The position numbers were made by a program, and so were the translations under genes. The notes beneath the pieces are model-generated. The model had not been told where the DNA came from. It worked only from the letters and a program-made list of their open reading frames with translations, and made no database searches. A DNA stretch of 1,344 nucleotides from a virus (Duplodnaviria; Heunggongvirae; Uroviricota; Caudoviricetes): IMG/VR virus record IMGVR_UViG_2663762948_000003. The stretch is one strand, 5' to 3'. Shown piece after piece: positions 1 to 1,344 of this stretch. Each line of letters opens with the position of its first letter. Positions within the stretch are counted from its first letter, which is position 1.

Positions 1-480
1 TTCTTCCTCCGTTGCAATTTCCAGATCTGCAGCATCCTGAAGCGGCGCAATATGCTCACTGGCTACCTGCATCAGGCTGTTTTTTGTTTCTTCTGCCTCC
101 CGGATCCGGAACAGTTTTTCTGCTTCCGTATCCTTCACCCAGGCTGTGCCGTTCCACTTCTGATATTCCCCTCCCGGCGACAACCAGGTAACATTTTCCG
201 GTAACGGACCGAGTTCAGAAATAAATAACGCGTCGCCGGAAGCCACGTCATAAACCGTTTTACCCCGATGGTCTTCAACGAGATGCCACGATGCCTCATC
301 ACTGTTGAAAACAGCCACGAAGTCTGCCGGAATATCTGGTGGTGCAATATCGGTACTGTTTGCTGGCAGACCTGTATGAGGCGGAATATATGCGTCACCT
401 TCACCAATAAATTCATTAGTTCCGGCCAGCAGATTATAAATTTTTATGGTCCGTGCTTGTTCACTCATTCTGAATGCCAT
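1..480 (-). CDS. tfa: Tail fibre assembly protein Tfa, N-terminal 160 codons; the 3' end lies beyond position 1
   Basis: My own translation of the minus strand from the ATG at 480..478 gives [160 protein letters not shown], open for all 160 codons to the window edge. This is near-identical to lambda Tfa as I recall it. It is absent from the supplied ORF track, apparently because it has no stop inside the window. A GAGG Shine-Dalgarno sits 8 nt upstream, and the start overlaps the upstream stop (TAATG). Confidence 0.88.
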   Translation of the reverse strand, partial: MAFRMSEQARTIKIYNLLAGTNEFIGEGDAYIPPHTGLPANSTDIAPPDIPADFVAVFNSDEASWHLVEDHRGKTVYDVASGDALFISELGPLPENVTWLSPGGEYQKWNGTAWVKDTEAEKLFRIREAEETKNSLMQVASEHIAPLQDAADLEIATEEE

Positions 481-493
481 TATGCAAGCCTCA
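478..493 (-). promoter_or_regulatory. tfa ribosome-binding site and stop/start overlap (TAATG)
   Basis: The minus strand reads GTGAGGCTTGCATAATGGCA. GAGG is at 492..489 with an 8-nt spacer; the TAA stop of the upstream ORF (482..480) shares one base with the tfa ATG (480..478). Confidence 0.55.
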
Positions 494-1133
494 CAATATA
501 GTTAAATGCGATGTTTTTGACGGTGTTTTCCGCGTTACCCGCAGCGTTAACGGTGATGGTGTGTCCATGTGAGCCAATCGCAACGGAGTGCGTATGAGCA
601 CCAATATCCACCTCAACCGGATCGAAGGCTTCACCGGTCATGGTGTATTTGCCCTTAAGCACGGCAGAAACTGCCTGCATCTCTTCGACCTGAGCAATGG
701 CCAGCTCTTCGTCACGCATGTTCTGCATGATGATGCGACGGCGGCGGTAAACAGTTGTTGATTGAGTCTCTTTGGTCATTCGCCCTCCTGAGAGACGGGA
801 TTTACGTGCATCCAGTGCATCACGGATGACGGTGATCGCATCGGTGCTGTTAACAAGTTCATCAGCCAGTCCGGCATCAATGGCCTCCTGACCGCTGTAC
901 ACTGCAGCCTCGGTAGCCTTCCAGCGTTCGAATATCTTCACTCGATTAACACCAAGCGCTCGCTGATCAACCGCGCCACCTTCATCTGTGACACGCTGAA
1001 CATCGATGTTCGGGCGCTCTTTCAAAGCCCAGAATGCTTCAGTGATTAATATCGTCGCCTGCTCCTGTGTCATTCCTGGTCGACATATCCAGGCATCCAG
1101 AGCCTCACGAGCCTGTTCAGGAGTGATTTTCAT
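480..1133 (-). CDS. Mosaic ORF (217 aa): in-frame fusion of an unassigned N-terminus with fragments resembling protease C/scaffold Nu3, major capsid protein E and the side tail fibre tip; probably a deletion-scarred remnant, function unknown
   Basis: Intact ORF from ATG 1133..1131 to TAA 482..480 (track protein MKITPEQ...NYIVRLA). Residues 74-128 carry the S49-peptidase-like GLADELV motif followed by the Nu3-type start [10 protein letters not shown]. Residues 129-176 match a lambda E internal segment as recalled. Residues 177-217 carry HxH repeats and the ...[18 protein letters not shown] ending typical of lambda-type Stf. It is too short to hold a protease catalytic domain or a capsid fold. 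Confidence 0.6.
   Translation of the reverse strand: MKITPEQAREALDAWICRPGMTQEQATILITEAFWALKERPNIDVQRVTDEGGAVDQRALGVNRVKIFERWKATEAAVYSGQEAIDAGLADELVNSTDAITVIRDALDARKSRLSGGRMTKETQSTTVYRRRRIIMQNMRDEELAIAQVEEMQAVSAVLKGKYTMTGEAFDPVEVDIGAHTHSVAIGSHGHTITVNAAGNAENTVKNIAFNYIVRLA
483..605 (-). other. Segment 4 of the mosaic ORF: side tail fibre (Stf) C-terminal tip-like domain
   Basis: [41 protein letters not shown] has HxH motifs and the characteristic C-terminal ending of lambda-type side tail fibres. It sits directly upstream of tfa, as stf does in lambda. Confidence 0.65.
606..749 (-). other. Segment 3 of the mosaic ORF: major capsid protein E internal fragment-like
   Basis: [48 protein letters not shown] matches an internal stretch of lambda gpE as recalled (...[54 protein letters not shown]...). 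Confidence 0.6.
750..914 (-). other. Segment 2 of the mosaic ORF: protease C C-terminal region / Nu3 N-terminus-like
   Basis: [55 protein letters not shown] corresponds to the end of the lambda C region that precedes and includes the internal Nu3 start. Recalled from memory; about one substitution (I for M) against my recollection. Confidence 0.65.
777..789 (-). promoter_or_regulatory. Shine-Dalgarno (AGGAGG) plus in-frame ATG: retained Nu3-type internal translation start inside the mosaic ORF
   Basis: The minus strand reads CAGGAGGGCGAATGACCAAAGAG. AGGAGG is at 789..784 and ATG at 779..777 (Met119 of the 217-aa ORF). In lambda, Nu3 is made from an internal in-frame start within C. Confidence 0.5.
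915..1133 (-). other. Segment 1 of the mosaic ORF: unassigned 73-aa N-terminal region
   Basis: [73 protein letters not shown]. It does not match the lambda C N-terminus or any lambda protein I can recall. It is preceded by a G-rich stretch (GGGCGGGGCGG) that may act as a weak ribosome-binding site. Confidence 0.4.
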
Positions 1134-1344
1134 TGTTCAACCGCCCCGCCCGCTTCGTCTTACGATATTCATCATAAACTTTGGGATCATACTGAAGCTC
1201 CCCGCCAGATGCCTCCTGTAGACGCATCGCGCGACCTTCAGGAACCAGTATCCCCCAAGCAGCAACACTTGCCAGCCTCACTCCTGCGGCATTGGCAAGC
1301 TTTGTTTTGCTGCCAAAAAAAGTAATTGCGTCAACTTTAAGCAT
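1117..1344 (-). CDS. 3' portion of a hypothetical protein, probably phage-derived; the 5' end may lie beyond the window
   Basis: Track ORF ...[19 protein letters not shown] with stop TGA at 1119..1117. It overlaps the downstream start (1133) by 17 nt in a different frame, a typical coupled phage gene arrangement. The ATG at 1344..1342 is only the first Met inside the window; the frame may stay open upstream. I do not recognise it as the lambda B, A, W or Nu1 C-terminus. Confidence 0.4.
   Translation of the reverse strand: MLKVDAITFFGSKTKLANAAGVRLASVAAWGILVPEGRAMRLQEASGGELQYDPKVYDEYRKTKRAGRLNNENHS

Noticed and set aside
135-416. Track ORF of 93 aa on the minus strand
   Set aside because: It lies entirely within the tfa coding region but in a different frame, and tfa in the other frame matches a known protein along its whole length. 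Treated as a spurious overlapping frame.
268-501. Track ORF of 77 aa on the plus strand
   Set aside because: Antisense to tfa and to the tfa start region; no ribosome-binding site and no recognisable protein features. Likely a chance open frame.
480-1133. Calling the 217-aa ORF a functional prohead protease (S49) or major capsid protein
   Set aside because: Only short fragments of each are present (about 55 and 48 aa); the protease catalytic domain and the capsid fold cannot fit, so the product name should not be transferred.
1134-1160. G/C-rich run (CCGCCCCGCCCGC on the plus strand), considered as a possible terminator or attachment/recombination site
   Set aside because: No dyad symmetry or following T-tract. 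It lies inside the coding overlap of the two minus-strand ORFs and is more simply the G-rich ribosome-binding region and coding sequence.
1006-1221. Track ORF of 71 aa on the plus strand
   Set aside because: Antisense to the junction of the two minus-strand ORFs; low-complexity translation and no supporting signals.
1117-1344. Calling the upstream partial ORF the portal protein (lambda B) because it sits where B would precede C
   Set aside because: Its C-terminal sequence does not match the lambda B C-terminus as I recall it. Position alone is not enough, so it is left as hypothetical.
1-1344. Search for tRNA/rRNA genes, CRISPR repeats, IS terminal inverted repeats or a defence-system operon
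   Set aside because: The window is almost fully occupied by three co-directional minus-strand ORFs. No repeat-spacer periodicity, no tRNA-like structure and no inverted repeats were seen on reading the sequence.

Overview
The whole window is coding on the minus strand and looks like a heavily decayed lambda-type morphogenesis module. Reading the minus strand from 1344 down to 1, there are three elements. First, the 3' end of an unidentified ORF (1117..1344). Second, a 217-aa ORF (480..1133) that is a mosaic: an unassigned 73-aa N-terminus, then about 55 aa matching the C-terminal part of lambda prohead protease C through the first residues of scaffold Nu3, then about 48 aa matching an internal piece of lambda major capsid protein E, then about 40 aa matching the C-terminal tip of lambda side tail fibre Stf. 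Third, the first 160 codons of the tail fibre assembly gene tfa (1..480), whose ATG overlaps the mosaic ORF's stop in a TAATG junction and which runs off the window edge. All protein identifications are from my memory of lambda sequences, not from a database search. The main finding is the mosaic ORF: pieces that lie far apart in lambda are here contiguous and in one reading frame. I see no RNA genes, CRISPR array, IS element or obvious defence system in this window.
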